Shown here in pieces: positions 16,115-25,672 of a DNA stretch of 29,244 bases. How positions within the stretch are numbered: position 1 is the stretch's first letter; each line of letters opens with the position of its first letter. Source of the stretch: Alphaproteobacteria bacterium. Lineage in GTDB: Bacteria; Pseudomonadota; Alphaproteobacteria; Micavibrionales; Micavibrionaceae. The stretch lies in contig DAOWDF010000114.1 in the NCBI GenBank assembly GCA_030639165.1, positions 1 to 29,244 of the forward strand, written 5' to 3'. The notes under the pieces are model-generated. The model had not been told where the DNA came from. It searched no databases and was given only the letters and a program-made list of their open reading frames with translations. A program made the position numbers and the translations under genes.

Positions 16115-16142
16115 TTCGTATATAACCACCTAATAGTTACAA
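16115..16142 (-). promoter_or_regulatory. ECF-type promoter 3 (radical SAM gene)
   Basis: Minus strand TTGTAACT (16142-16135), N16, CGAA (16118-16115), 36 nt before ATG 16078. Confidence 0.72.
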
Positions 16143-16157
16143 GAAAATGCCATAGCA

Positions 16158-18968
16158 TTATTTACCCACTGAATCGACCCTAGAGGAATCATGAGCCAAC
16201 TCCAGTAGCCACTTATTGAGTATTAAAGAAAAATCCTCTTTTACAACAGGCTTAGATATAAAGTCATTCATGCCAACAGAATAGCACTTACCTTTTTCTG
16301 CACTCAATACATTAGCAGTAAGGGCAATTATTGGGATATTTTCATCACACTTACGTATCTCAAGAGTAGCCTCAAACCCATCCATTACAGGCATATGACA
16401 ATCCATAAATATAATATCATAATCTTCTTCACCTGCCATCTCAACGGCAATTTCTCCATTTACCGCATTATCAACTACACAACCATACCCCTCAAGCATC
16501 TCTGTAATTACAAATACATTAACAGCCACATCTTCAACCAATAAAACACGAGCTTCATAAAATGTAGAATCTAATAATATTTGATTTTTAATATTTTTAT
16601 TGGTTAAGTTTTCCAACTCCTTATCTGTTGGAATAAGTAACGGTATAGAAAACCAAAATTCCGATCCTTCACCTTCAACACTACTAAGCTCAACAACCCC
16701 GCCCATCATTTCAACTAAAGCACTACAAATTGATAGCCCTAAACCCGTTCCACCAGCATTTCGAACAGAGGAAGGGTTCACTTGTGAAAATGCCTTAAAT
16801 AATTGTTCATATTTACCTTCAGGAATTCCAGAGCCTGTATCCCCAACGATAAATTTAATATATTCATCGCCATTGTCATCACTAAACACTAACACCTCAA
16901 GAGAAATAGCCCCCTCATCAGTAAACTTCATCGCATTATTTAACAGATTAATAACCACCTGCCTTATACGACCTTTATCACCTACAATATACTCTGGTAA
17001 ATCATCGTATTTCAGTTTTAAATCCAACCCTTTTTCTTGCATTGGAGTTAAGAAAAGATGATGTACCTCATCAACACAATGATAAATATCAAAAGGCTCA
17101 TTTATAATCTTTATCTTCCCTGCCTCCAAACTACTAAAATCTAGTATTTCATTTAAAATAACTAGCAACGCCCTGCCTGAATTTTGAATTGTTCGTACAT
17201 AATTTTGCTGCTTCTCATTTAGATCAGTATCCGCAATTAAACTAGCCGTTCCTATAACACCATTCATAGGTGTACGAATTTCATGACTCATATTAGCTAG
17301 AAAATCACTTTTAGCTTTTGCAGAATATTCAGCATTCACCTTTGCTTTTTCCAACTCATATGCATGTTTTTGTAGTTTTTCAGTCTGCTCACCTACAAGC
17401 TGATTTACCGCAGATGTTCTACCAGTAATAAACAGTAAAAATACACATAGTAACGTACTAAATAATGATCCTAATATTAAGATAACCCATGGATTCCAGC
17501 CTTGCTCAGAAATCATATAATCTTCTGTAAGACTAAGATGTATACCCCATAAACGCCCCCCAACCTCAAATTTACGCTCTAACTCCATAAATCCTGAATA
17601 TAGTTCATCTTCATAAAGTGAAAAATCCAAGCCACGGTCACTCTCATCATGCAAAAGAATTTTTATGCCTGAATATTCTAAATCCCTTAAAATAACATCA
17701 ATCAAATCATCCATAAAAAATAAAGCCGATACATAGCCTTTTAAATTCTGGCCTTGAGCGCCTCCATTTGCATATACAGGGGCAAATGCAAATATACCAT
17801 CTTCAGTTTCTCCCCCATTCATAAAGCTTATTTTTGAAGTAATCGTTATATCTCCAGTATTACGCGCCCTAATAAAAGCCTCTCGTTGTTTTCTATCAAA
17901 GGTTATATCTGCTCCAAAATATTGCTTATTATTTTCATATGGCTCAATGTAATTTACTATAACATGGCCTTCTTCGTTTATATCCTCATCATACATCAAC
18001 TGATCATATGGATTTTTGATACTAAACTCTGCAAACCCTTCAGCTTGTACAGACCTAACAAAAGATTCTAATTCATCACTTAATACGTAGGAGTTAAATG
18101 ATAATAACTTTACTCCTTTATTATACTCTAGAAATAAATCAACAAATTTTTTAAATTCTACTCTCTCTACATAGCTAGAGCTTTCATAAAATCGTTGAAT
18201 GTAATGCAATAAGTCAAAAGCATGTGTGAAATGCTCTTGTAATTCTAGGGACATATTATCCGCACGTTGCTCAAACCTAGTGCTAATAACATTATTCTCA
18301 AAATTCCGTGAACTTATAAAGACTATGACGACACAACAGAACAATATTAAAACAGGTAATATGACAGAAACTCGACGTTTCATCTCTATTATATTTTTCT
18401 TCGCAAGACCCACTACTATCAACGGCATAAAAACCATCACACCCACAGTATCACCAAGCCACCACTTCCCCCAACTTAGAAAAAAATCTTCCGGATTAAT
18501 AACCCCTGCAAGCAACAATGCTATCATGGCAAATGAAGCTGAAATAATACAACTAACCACCCCCCCCATGAATAGAAAGTTAAAGATATCCTTTTCTTGC
18601 TCTAATGGTGTTGGAAATTTAATATATTTCTTAATCAAAAAGCTACCACAAATAGCCTGCAAAGTTGCACCACTAGACACAATAAACAAAAGGCATAAAG
18701 AAGTATTAGATAGAAGGTCATTACCAGCATCAATTGCAATATAATAATTAGTTAGCGCAGCCCCAAAAAAAACACCTAGCGAAATCTTATATCCAAACAA
18801 CAATATTGCTGCCAGCGCAACGCCAGAGGCAGGCCACACAATACTTCCAATCTCTGGGGGTACAGTCAGCAAAAGCCCAAGCTGGCCAAAGGCAAAGTAA
18901 ATCAGAGATAATGCTATAATTTGCAATATCCATTTAGCCAATAAAAATATTTTCACTAAACCACCCAC
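16158..18968 (-). CDS. Hybrid sensor histidine kinase (MASE1-CHASE-HisKA-HATPase-REC)
   Basis: MASE1 (VWPASG, WWLGD..G), CHASE (VER.EF), H-box [17 protein letters not shown] boxes [24 protein letters not shown], receiver [13 protein letters not shown] start. Confidence 0.92.
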   Translation of the reverse strand: MGGLVKIFLLAKWILQIIALSLIYFAFGQLGLLLTVPPEIGSIVWPASGVALAAILLFGYKISLGVFFGAALTNYYIAIDAGNDLLSNTSLCLLFIVSSGATLQAICGSFLIKKYIKFPTPLEQEKDIFNFLFMGGVVSCIISASFAMIALLLAGVINPEDFFLSWGKWWLGDTVGVMVFMPLIVVGLAKKNIIEMKRRVSVILPVLILFCCVVIVFISSRNFENNVISTRFEQRADNMSLELQEHFTHAFDLLHYIQRFYESSSYVERVEFKKFVDLFLEYNKGVKLLSFNSYVLSDELESFVRSVQAEGFAEFSIKNPYDQLMYDEDINEEGHVIVNYIEPYENNKQYFGADITFDRKQREAFIRARNTGDITITSKISFMNGGETEDGIFAFAPVYANGGAQGQNLKGYVSALFFMDDLIDVILRDLEYSGIKILLHDESDRGLDFSLYEDELYSGFMELERKFEVGGRLWGIHLSLTEDYMISEQGWNPWVILILGSLFSTLLCVFLLFITGRTSAVNQLVGEQTEKLQKHAYELEKAKVNAEYSAKAKSDFLANMSHEIRTPMNGVIGTASLIADTDLNEKQQNYVRTIQNSGRALLVILNEILDFSSLEAGKIKIINEPFDIYHCVDEVHHLFLTPMQEKGLDLKLKYDDLPEYIVGDKGRIRQVVINLLNNAMKFTDEGAISLEVLVFSDDNGDEYIKFIVGDTGSGIPEGKYEQLFKAFSQVNPSSVRNAGGTGLGLSICSALVEMMGGVVELSSVEGEGSEFWFSIPLLIPTDKELENLTNKNIKNQILLDSTFYEARVLLVEDVAVNVFVITEMLEGYGCVVDNAVNGEIAVEMAGEEDYDIIFMDCHMPVMDGFEATLEIRKCDENIPIIALTANVLSAEKGKCYSVGMNDFISKPVVKEDFSLILNKWLLELAHDSSRVDSVGK

Positions 18969-19089
18969 ACAAGTACTATATACATAACGATATCAATTTA
19001 ATAAGAGCCAATAGCATTTGTAAATCATTATTATTAAATATTGTACACGCATAATATATACGAAATAACAATTATAATCATCAGAAAAA

Positions 19090-22000
19090 TCAAGCCGCCT
19101 TGATAAGCCTTTCCTCAACAAACAGCTGAACAGCCTTGTAATCCGTCTTACCGCTTCCAAGCACTGGTATATGATCAGTCTCCATAATTGTTTTAGGAAC
19201 AGATAGCTCGGTAATCCCATTTTCCGCCGCATAAGCTGACAGCTCTTTTTTATTTGCATTTTTTTTCGTAGTAACAAATATAAGCTGCTCACCTTTACGT
19301 GCATCAGGAATACTCACCACGGCATGCTGCTCCTCTGGGTAAATAGCCTGCACCATTGCCTCAACGCTAGTCAGAGACACCATCTCACCTGCAATTTTTG
19401 CAAAGCGCTTAGCGCGCCCTAAAATTACCACATAGCCCTGATCATCAATATCAACTATATCTCCAGTATCATACCAACCATCCTCAGGCGGTTCCAATAC
19501 ACTAGGGTTATCATCCCTATAATAACCAAGCATCACATTAGGGCCTTTCACAAATAAGCGTCCGCCCTTATCTACTCCTGCGACCTCTTCCAGCCTATAT
19601 TCAATACCAGGCAACAACCTACCAACCGAGCCATCTTTCATATGCATCGGCGAGTTAAGTGCCAGCGCAGGAGACGTCTCTGTCGCTCCATAGCCCTCTA
19701 AAACCCGAACCCCAAAACGATCCATATAAAGCCTGCGCGTTTCTTCCTTGACCTTTTCCGCTCCTGCAAAAATATAGCGCATACGGTAGAAATCATAAGT
19801 ATTAGCCTTACGTGCATATCCATTAAGAAACGTATCGGTTCCAAACATAATGGTAGCATTAGAAGAATACACCAGCTCTGGCACTATGCGGTAATGCAGC
19901 GGGCTAGGGTAAAGGAAAGTTTTTACACCAGAAAGTATTGGCAGCAAAGTCCCGCCAGTCAGACCAAAAGAATGGAACATCGGCAAGCAATTAAACACTA
20001 TATCCTGATTGTTAAAATCAACCCTAGATGATAACTGCACTATATTGCTCATAATATTATTATGGCTTAGCACAACCCCTTTTGGCATACCCTCAGATCC
20101 GGAAGTAAATAAAATCAACGCCGGATCTTCTGGGTTAATTTTTTGCTTTTTATGAATCTTGGCGGCGGATGCTAATAAAGCAACAGCCTTATCAAAAGAC
20201 CCAATGCCCTTAATTATATCTTCCAGATAAATAATTTTAGTATGCTTCTCCAGCTCCTCAATAACATCTTCCATACGGCTCAATTTTACAAAACGCTTGG
20301 AAGTTAGAACCGTTTTCACACTTGCAGTTTCACAAGCCGAAAGCAGAGATTTCACCCCAGCAGAAAAATTAAGCATCGCAGGAACTCTGCCATATGCCTG
20401 CAAGGCAAAGAAACTTGTAATCGCCCCGATAGAGTTAGGAAGCATAAGCCCCACATTCTCTCCCTTTTCTGTCACAGCAGATAGCTCACGCCCAATAACA
20501 ACAGAACCGCGAACAAGTTTTTTAAACTTCATGGATTTACGCTCTATATCCTCCGCTATAATTGCATCCTTGCCATTAATATTATGCGCATCCAGTAACG
20601 CCTCATACAAAGTTTGCTTCCTGTTGCTAGTAACAAACATCATCTCTTCCATCAAATCATAAAGCTGACGCCCTGCTGCAGCGCGGCGCGCCCTACCCTT
20701 AACTTCTTCATCTATTTTGAATTTGCGCGGCTCCAAAATTGTAATAGTGATCTTAGGAAACCTCCGCATTGGAACCTTACCCTTAAGACGAGCAAGGAAA
20801 GTATGCTGAACCCCATCAAGCCTTATCGGTAATATAACCGCATCTGCCTTATCAGCAATCATACCGGGGCCATCATAAACCTTCATCAAAGCGCCGGTTT
20901 CGGTCAAACGGCCTTCAGGAAAAATCACGACTTGGCGACCTCCCTCAACTTTGCGGATAAGCTCTTTCAAGGAAAATGGATTTGTTGGATCAAGCGGAAA
21001 AGTATCAACCAACTTTAAAAACGGCCTCACCCAAACCCAGTTTGCAACATGACTATTCACCGCAAACATCGGGCGACCAGGCAAAAAGGCAGCCAATAAT
21101 GGCGGGTCAAGCAACGACACGTGATTACCTACAATAACTGCGCGCTTACCTGCCTTTTCAAAATTATCAAGCCCCACTACTTCAACATTATAAAGCAGCT
21201 TGAAAAGCCCTTGTAATAAGCTTTTAAATAAATAATCAGGCAGCAACTTACATATATAAATAGCAACAAATGCATTCATAACGGCAAAGGCCAAAAACAG
21301 CTCTCTTATTTCCCAACCCTTCAATATCAAAACAGCAGATATAGCCGAAGATGCAACGATAAATAAAGAATTCATGATAGCACTACCCGCCAAAACGCGC
21401 GCGCGCATATCCTCCGCTGTGTAATGCTGGATCATCGTATTTAAAGGCACAACAAACAGGCCTCCACATAGGGCAATCATTGATATATCAATTACAATCC
21501 GCCAGTTAGAAACCTCACCTAAAAATACATTTATACTCAACAGATCTTCGGAAAACCCAGCAACAGAGCCATTGGCAAAATATAAATCAATAGAAAAAAT
21601 AGTAATGCCGAGCGCGGCTAGCGGCACATAAATCGCCTCAACCCGCCCCCTCAACAAGCGATTATTAAGCAGCCCACCAACAGCAATACCTATAGAAAAT
21701 ATAGCAAGAAAGAATGCCAGAACATATTCATTAGCTCCTAATGTACCGCCAACATAATTAGGCATCTGCGCCATAAACATACCGCCCAGAAAATAAAACC
21801 AAGCAACGCCTATAATTGCCCGCACGACATTACGCTTTTGACTAAATGTCTGCTTCAAAATATCAACGGTTTCAGTTACGGGATTAAAATTTAACTTCAA
21901 ATCAGCAGCTTTCGGCAGTGCTTCTGGTATAAAACGGCTAGCCAAATAACCGCTTAAAGCGCATAAAACAAGCAACCCACAAACAAGCAGCTTACCCGCG

Positions 22001-22518
22001 CCCAATGTAATTAAAACAGTGCCCGCAATAGTACCCAGCAAAATAGCCAAAAACGTGCCTGTATTAAGCAAAGCATTCCCGCCTATCAGCTCATCATCTT
22101 CCAGATGTTGCGGTAAAATAGAATATTTACTTGGCCCAAAAAACGCAGATTGCGTTCCAAGCGCAAATAACACCATAAATGACAAGACTATAGACCCGCT
22201 TAGGATTGCTGCTGCCCCAAGCAAAGCAATAGCTATCTCTGCGAGCTTAATTATCCTTATTACGCGGTGCTTCGGAAATTTATCGGCAAGCTGCCCGCCC
22301 AGCGCAGAAAATAATACAAACGGTAGAATAAATAACCCAGCGGCCAAAGTAACCAACAGCTCCTGATTTTCTACATAGCTTGTACCTACCCCATAAAGCA
22401 ATAATACGACCAACGCATTTTTAAACAAATTATCATGAAACGCCCCAAGAAACTGGGTGACAAATAACGGTAAAAACCGCTTATCATTTAATAATGCAAA
22501 TTGATTACTTTTACTCAT
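19090..22518 (-). CDS. aas: Acyl-[ACP]--phospholipid O-acyltransferase, trifunctional MFS(LplT)-PlsC-acyl-ACP synthetase
   Basis: MFS N-terminus (TQFLGAFHDNLFK), acyltransferase NHVSLLD and FPEGR, adenylation FTSGSEGMPKG and EGYGATE, GSGKTDY. AAAGGG RBS. Confidence 0.93.
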   Translation of the reverse strand: MSKSNQFALLNDKRFLPLFVTQFLGAFHDNLFKNALVVLLLYGVGTSYVENQELLVTLAAGLFILPFVLFSALGGQLADKFPKHRVIRIIKLAEIAIALLGAAAILSGSIVLSFMVLFALGTQSAFFGPSKYSILPQHLEDDELIGGNALLNTGTFLAILLGTIAGTVLITLGAGKLLVCGLLVLCALSGYLASRFIPEALPKAADLKLNFNPVTETVDILKQTFSQKRNVVRAIIGVAWFYFLGGMFMAQMPNYVGGTLGANEYVLAFFLAIFSIGIAVGGLLNNRLLRGRVEAIYVPLAALGITIFSIDLYFANGSVAGFSEDLLSINVFLGEVSNWRIVIDISMIALCGGLFVVPLNTMIQHYTAEDMRARVLAGSAIMNSLFIVASSAISAVLILKGWEIRELFLAFAVMNAFVAIYICKLLPDYLFKSLLQGLFKLLYNVEVVGLDNFEKAGKRAVIVGNHVSLLDPPLLAAFLPGRPMFAVNSHVANWVWVRPFLKLVDTFPLDPTNPFSLKELIRKVEGGRQVVIFPEGRLTETGALMKVYDGPGMIADKADAVILPIRLDGVQHTFLARLKGKVPMRRFPKITITILEPRKFKIDEEVKGRARRAAAGRQLYDLMEEMMFVTSNRKQTLYEALLDAHNINGKDAIIAEDIERKSMKFKKLVRGSVVIGRELSAVTEKGENVGLMLPNSIGAITSFFALQAYGRVPAMLNFSAGVKSLLSACETASVKTVLTSKRFVKLSRMEDVIEELEKHTKIIYLEDIIKGIGSFDKAVALLASAAKIHKKQKINPEDPALILFTSGSEGMPKGVVLSHNNIMSNIVQLSSRVDFNNQDIVFNCLPMFHSFGLTGGTLLPILSGVKTFLYPSPLHYRIVPELVYSSNATIMFGTDTFLNGYARKANTYDFYRMRYIFAGAEKVKEETRRLYMDRFGVRVLEGYGATETSPALALNSPMHMKDGSVGRLLPGIEYRLEEVAGVDKGGRLFVKGPNVMLGYYRDDNPSVLEPPEDGWYDTGDIVDIDDQGYVVILGRAKRFAKIAGEMVSLTSVEAMVQAIYPEEQHAVVSIPDARKGEQLIFVTTKKNANKKELSAYAAENGITELSVPKTIMETDHIPVLGSGKTDYKAVQLFVEERLIKAA

Positions 22519-22538
22519 AATTCTACCCTTTCAAATTC

Positions 22539-23429
22539 CTAATGCCTTTCAGAGGCATCTACATGCAAAAATTGTCCGTTTTCTATAAAATAAATGGCTT
22601 GCTTCACAGTTTGCCTACCCCAAAGCATCAAGGTATGGCTTCCTTTGACTTGTATAAAATCAGCAGCAAGCTCAATTTGCGCGGAATCCCTTGAAACAAC
22701 AACATCATTATCTTGTCCAGCCAATGGGTTTAGACCTAGCTTATTGCCTGTCCCCCCAATCATAACCCCTATAGGAACTTTCACAGGCGGTAGTTCCCCA
22801 GCCCCTTTAGTTGTTAAGTCATAGCCAGCACGACCACAAACCCACTCAAACAAACCGTTAAACTGTGGCTGTTCACTAACCAAATCAGCAACAAATGATC
22901 CACCATGCGGCGAAGCTATATTGACTATATTACCAAGTTCAAGGCGGCTATACCATTCATGATCTTTAGCCAGCAGCGCCCTTACTATTAGGCCGCCCAT
23001 ACTATGTGCAACAAAAGATACCTTCTCCACCCCTTCAAGATCTCCTATCAGTGAAGAAAGCCTATCAGCATGCCCAACACTATCTGCACGATTACTTGCA
23101 AAATTCCAGATTAAGGTTTCATAACCACGATCCCTTAACCCCTTCTCCATAGAGGAAAAAGTAGAAATTATATTATTAAGACCAGGAACTATAATAACTA
23201 GGTGACTATTACGTGGAGAAAGACCGCGCTCCCTCCGCTCATCAATAACGGACAAACACTCTTCTTTTGTTTGTTTCTTCCATGTCCTACCTGTAGGGCT
23301 AAGAACACGATAACGGCAATTAACCTCATTTTTTTGTATGCGCCAACCAGCATAGAAGTATATATCATAATATTTTCGCCAGCCCGGCAAAACAGCCATA
23401 GATATTTGCGCTAGCCCTTTATTTTTCAT
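22539..23429 (-). CDS. Alpha/beta hydrolase (lipase/PGAP1-like) with N-terminal extension
   Basis: Nucleophile elbow VAHSMGG, SPHGGS, Asp in NDVVV, His in GSHTL. The start could also be about 30 nt downstream (MAVLPG). Confidence 0.8.
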   Translation of the reverse strand: MKNKGLAQISMAVLPGWRKYYDIYFYAGWRIQKNEVNCRYRVLSPTGRTWKKQTKEECLSVIDERRERGLSPRNSHLVIIVPGLNNIISTFSSMEKGLRDRGYETLIWNFASNRADSVGHADRLSSLIGDLEGVEKVSFVAHSMGGLIVRALLAKDHEWYSRLELGNIVNIASPHGGSFVADLVSEQPQFNGLFEWVCGRAGYDLTTKGAGELPPVKVPIGVMIGGTGNKLGLNPLAGQDNDVVVSRDSAQIELAADFIQVKGSHTLMLWGRQTVKQAIYFIENGQFLHVDASERH

Positions 23430-24150
23430 GGTTGAATACCCCGTTTTTTAGGAATTGAGCTATTTGTATATGCACATCTGTCTTATCCATTATAAAAGTA
23501 TGAGTACCGTTCACACTTACATGATCTTTCATACCTTCCAGCTTTGTCTTTTCAACCGTTACACGGCCATCACTTTTGCCAGGCGTAACAAAAGCAGCAA
23601 CAAAGTAAGGCCACTCCTTGGTTCCTGCTATAATGCCCAAATCATAATATATATCACTTTTATTTTTAGACTGAGCCTCCGTAGTAAGCTCATCTCCCGC
23701 AGAACCATAATACCATTTATAAGGCGCTATATTGTGAATCAGATCAGACACCTCACTACCACCATTAGGAGGCGCAAGCATCACAACACGCCCCAAACTA
23801 TGTTCTGGAATTATATCCTTATAATTATCAAGATAACGCCTAGCCACAAGCCCTCCCATAGAGTGAGTAACTATATGCACCTGCCCTGCGCTACGCCAAA
23901 ATTCTTCTGTTAAAAATTTAGACCTTAAATATTTTGCTATACCATCAATATTATTATCAGTTGAAGGGTATGTGATGTTTAAAGTTTTATAACCTGCGCT
24001 TTGCAAATAATCTTCAACATTAATCATAGAACTGCTGGTTCTGGCTATACCGTGCAATATAACAACCGTCTCTTTTTTATCCGCAGCCTGCGCAAAATTA
24101 CCTAGAGATATTACAAAAAATAAAACCAAACAAACTCTAACAGCAAACAT
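23419..24150 (-). CDS. Exported alpha/beta hydrolase (lipase/PGAP1-like)
   Basis: Signal peptide ending AQA-A, oxyanion LHGIAR, VTHSMGG, APPNGGSE, SDGRV, GTHTFIM. ATG 24150 has a GGAG RBS (alternative GTG 24165). Confidence 0.83.
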   Translation of the reverse strand: MFAVRVCLVLFFVISLGNFAQAADKKETVVILHGIARTSSSMINVEDYLQSAGYKTLNITYPSTDNNIDGIAKYLRSKFLTEEFWRSAGQVHIVTHSMGGLVARRYLDNYKDIIPEHSLGRVVMLAPPNGGSEVSDLIHNIAPYKWYYGSAGDELTTEAQSKNKSDIYYDLGIIAGTKEWPYFVAAFVTPGKSDGRVTVEKTKLEGMKDHVSVNGTHTFIMDKTDVHIQIAQFLKNGVFNHEK

Positions 24151-24246
24151 TATTAATAACTCCACTTAAAGGTAAGTATATATTATTTACAAGATAGCCC
24201 AAACAATATGGCTCCAACCTAGTATATTTACCTAACAAACATTAAA

Positions 24247-24281
24247 ACACTATTAATTTAACAGTGTTCATTTAATAGTGT
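24247..24281. promoter_or_regulatory. Candidate operator upstream of lipase-aas operon
   Basis: Perfect 10-bp inverted repeat ACACTATTAA (24247-24256) / TTAATAGTGT (24272-24281). A third near-copy TTAACAGTGT (24258-24267) sits in the spacer. Confidence 0.45.
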
Positions 24282-24366
24282 CGCATAGCTCATGCGTATT
24301 CACAACAAAAAAATTAACGCTGTTCATAATGTGGGCGCACCAATCGTGCAGCGTACGTATCAGCGC

Positions 24367-24714
24367 TCATCGCATGTAATTTTTATAGGGGGAGTAAATA
24401 TATGGTACAGCTTCGAAAGTATTGGTATTACTAACCTTGGACAATGCTTTCTTTTTTTGCTTATCAAGGGAGGGGTCAATGCCTAAAGCTATTAACTCTT
24501 TCGCTTTTAGCATGGCATCACGTGCCTGTTTAAGGGTAACGGCTGGATAAACGCCTATTGATAAACGCTTTTCTTTATTATCAATGCGGTATTTCAAACG
24601 CCAATATTTAGAGCCACTAGGGGTTACTTCCAAATATAAGCCTTTTCCATCACCTAGCTTGTATGGCTTGGCTTTACCCTTGGCGTTCTTGCATTCACTG
24701 TCTTTAAGCTTCAT
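24367..24714 (-). pseudogene. Truncated P4-family tyrosine integrase (Arm-DNA-binding/DUF4102 domain only)
   Basis: KPYKLGDGKGLYLEVTPSGSKYWRLKYR, LSIGVYPAVTLKQAR, GIDP, NTFEAV. Recognisable similarity stops at about 24406; the core-binding and catalytic domains are absent. Confidence 0.85.
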
Positions 24715-24765
24715 TTGGGGGCATCTCTTATCTACATATTATTTAATGCCCCCAAACATGCCCCC
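24714..24765. repeat. P4-type integrase arm-like sites
   Basis: TTTGGGGGCAT (24714-24724) and ATGCCCCCAAA (24746-24756) form a perfect 11-bp inverted pair. An extra ATGCCCCC lies at 24758-24765. Confidence 0.6.
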
Positions 24766-24889
24766 TTTTTTAGTTGATAGGGAAACATGATAAAAAGCAT
24801 TGATATACAAACATAGACAGCAAACCCTTTTAAATCAAGGCGTATGGTATATAATCATGGATAAGGGGATATGATGAAAGACAGGTAAA

Positions 24890-24980
24890 TGGCGGAGACG
24901 GCGGGATTCGAACCCGCGTAGGGCTATAAACCCTAACACGCTTTCCAAGCGTGCGCCTTAAGCCACTCGGCCACGTCTCC
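24890..24980 (-). tRNA. tRNA-Ser (GGA anticodon), CCA encoded
   Basis: Minus strand GGAGACG...CGTCTCC-G-CCA acceptor stem, anticodon arm CACGC-TTGGAAA-GCGTG, long variable arm TAGGG-TTTATAG-CCCTA, T arm GCGGG-TTCGAAT-CCCGC. Confidence 0.97.
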
Positions 24981-25020
24981 ATCATAATCTTTATACCTAA
25001 AAAGGCATATGAATTGGCGC

Positions 25021-25049
25021 AATGTAGAGCTTATTTTATAAAAACACAA
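25021..25049 (-). promoter_or_regulatory. Probable sigma70 promoter of tRNA-Ser
   Basis: Minus strand TTGTGT-N17-TACATT followed by a GC-rich discriminator GCGCC, typical of stable-RNA promoters. Confidence 0.45.
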
Positions 25050-25123
25050 GTACCTGCTTTGCAAAGAAATATTTCACTGTTAAGATACAAAAATAATTCA
25101 AACTAGATCCGAAAGATTTTATC

Positions 25124-25666
25124 ATGCGTAAGTTTCTATTTTTTATAATCCTAATACCGTTTTTTGCAACATTAGGGCATGATATATATATCTTTACACA
25201 AGATCAGAGAAAAGGATTTCGCCTGTCTGATATTGGCGCATTATGGAGCAAATACCATAAAGAAAGCCATGATCAGTGGAAAATTAAGCTTAGTGAAGTT
25301 AATAGTATTGCCGCAGATTTAACACCAGACATAACAATTCACAACAACATGACACAAGAAACACAATCACCAAGCAATATAAAACAACCTACCTATGCTG
25401 AGAGCTTCACACAAACAAGCGAAGAACATAAGAAAGATGTTGTAACACAACTCAAAAAAAGTAGCGCTATGGAAAAAACAAGCGAAGCACACAAAGTGAT
25501 TGGTTTTATTCTTGAGCAAACTGCCATTTTTGTCTTTGGTGGCTTCGCTGCATTTATATTCATTATGAGTTTAATATTCGGCTTTATTTTTGGCGGTAGA
25601 TCAAGCAATAGCGATTCCTCATCAGCAGGCAGAAAAGTCAATAAAAAACAATATAGCCGTAAATAA
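25124..25666 (+). CDS. Hypothetical membrane protein (N- and C-terminal TM helices)
   Basis: Hydrophobic N-terminus, GFRLSDIGALW, Thr/Gln/Ser-rich linker, second TM helix, basic tail. Confidence 0.65.
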   Translation: MRKFLFFIILIPFFATLGHDIYIFTQDQRKGFRLSDIGALWSKYHKESHDQWKIKLSEVNSIAADLTPDITIHNNMTQETQSPSNIKQPTYAESFTQTSEEHKKDVVTQLKKSSAMEKTSEAHKVIGFILEQTAIFVFGGFAAFIFIMSLIFGFIFGGRSSNSDSSSAGRKVNKKQYSRK

Positions 25667-25672
25667 AGGACC

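Noticed and set aside
24166-24890. Intact prophage or integrative element, and an attR repeat
   Set aside because: Only an integrase N-terminal fragment is present. No phage or conjugation genes and no tRNA 3' duplicate were found by eye.
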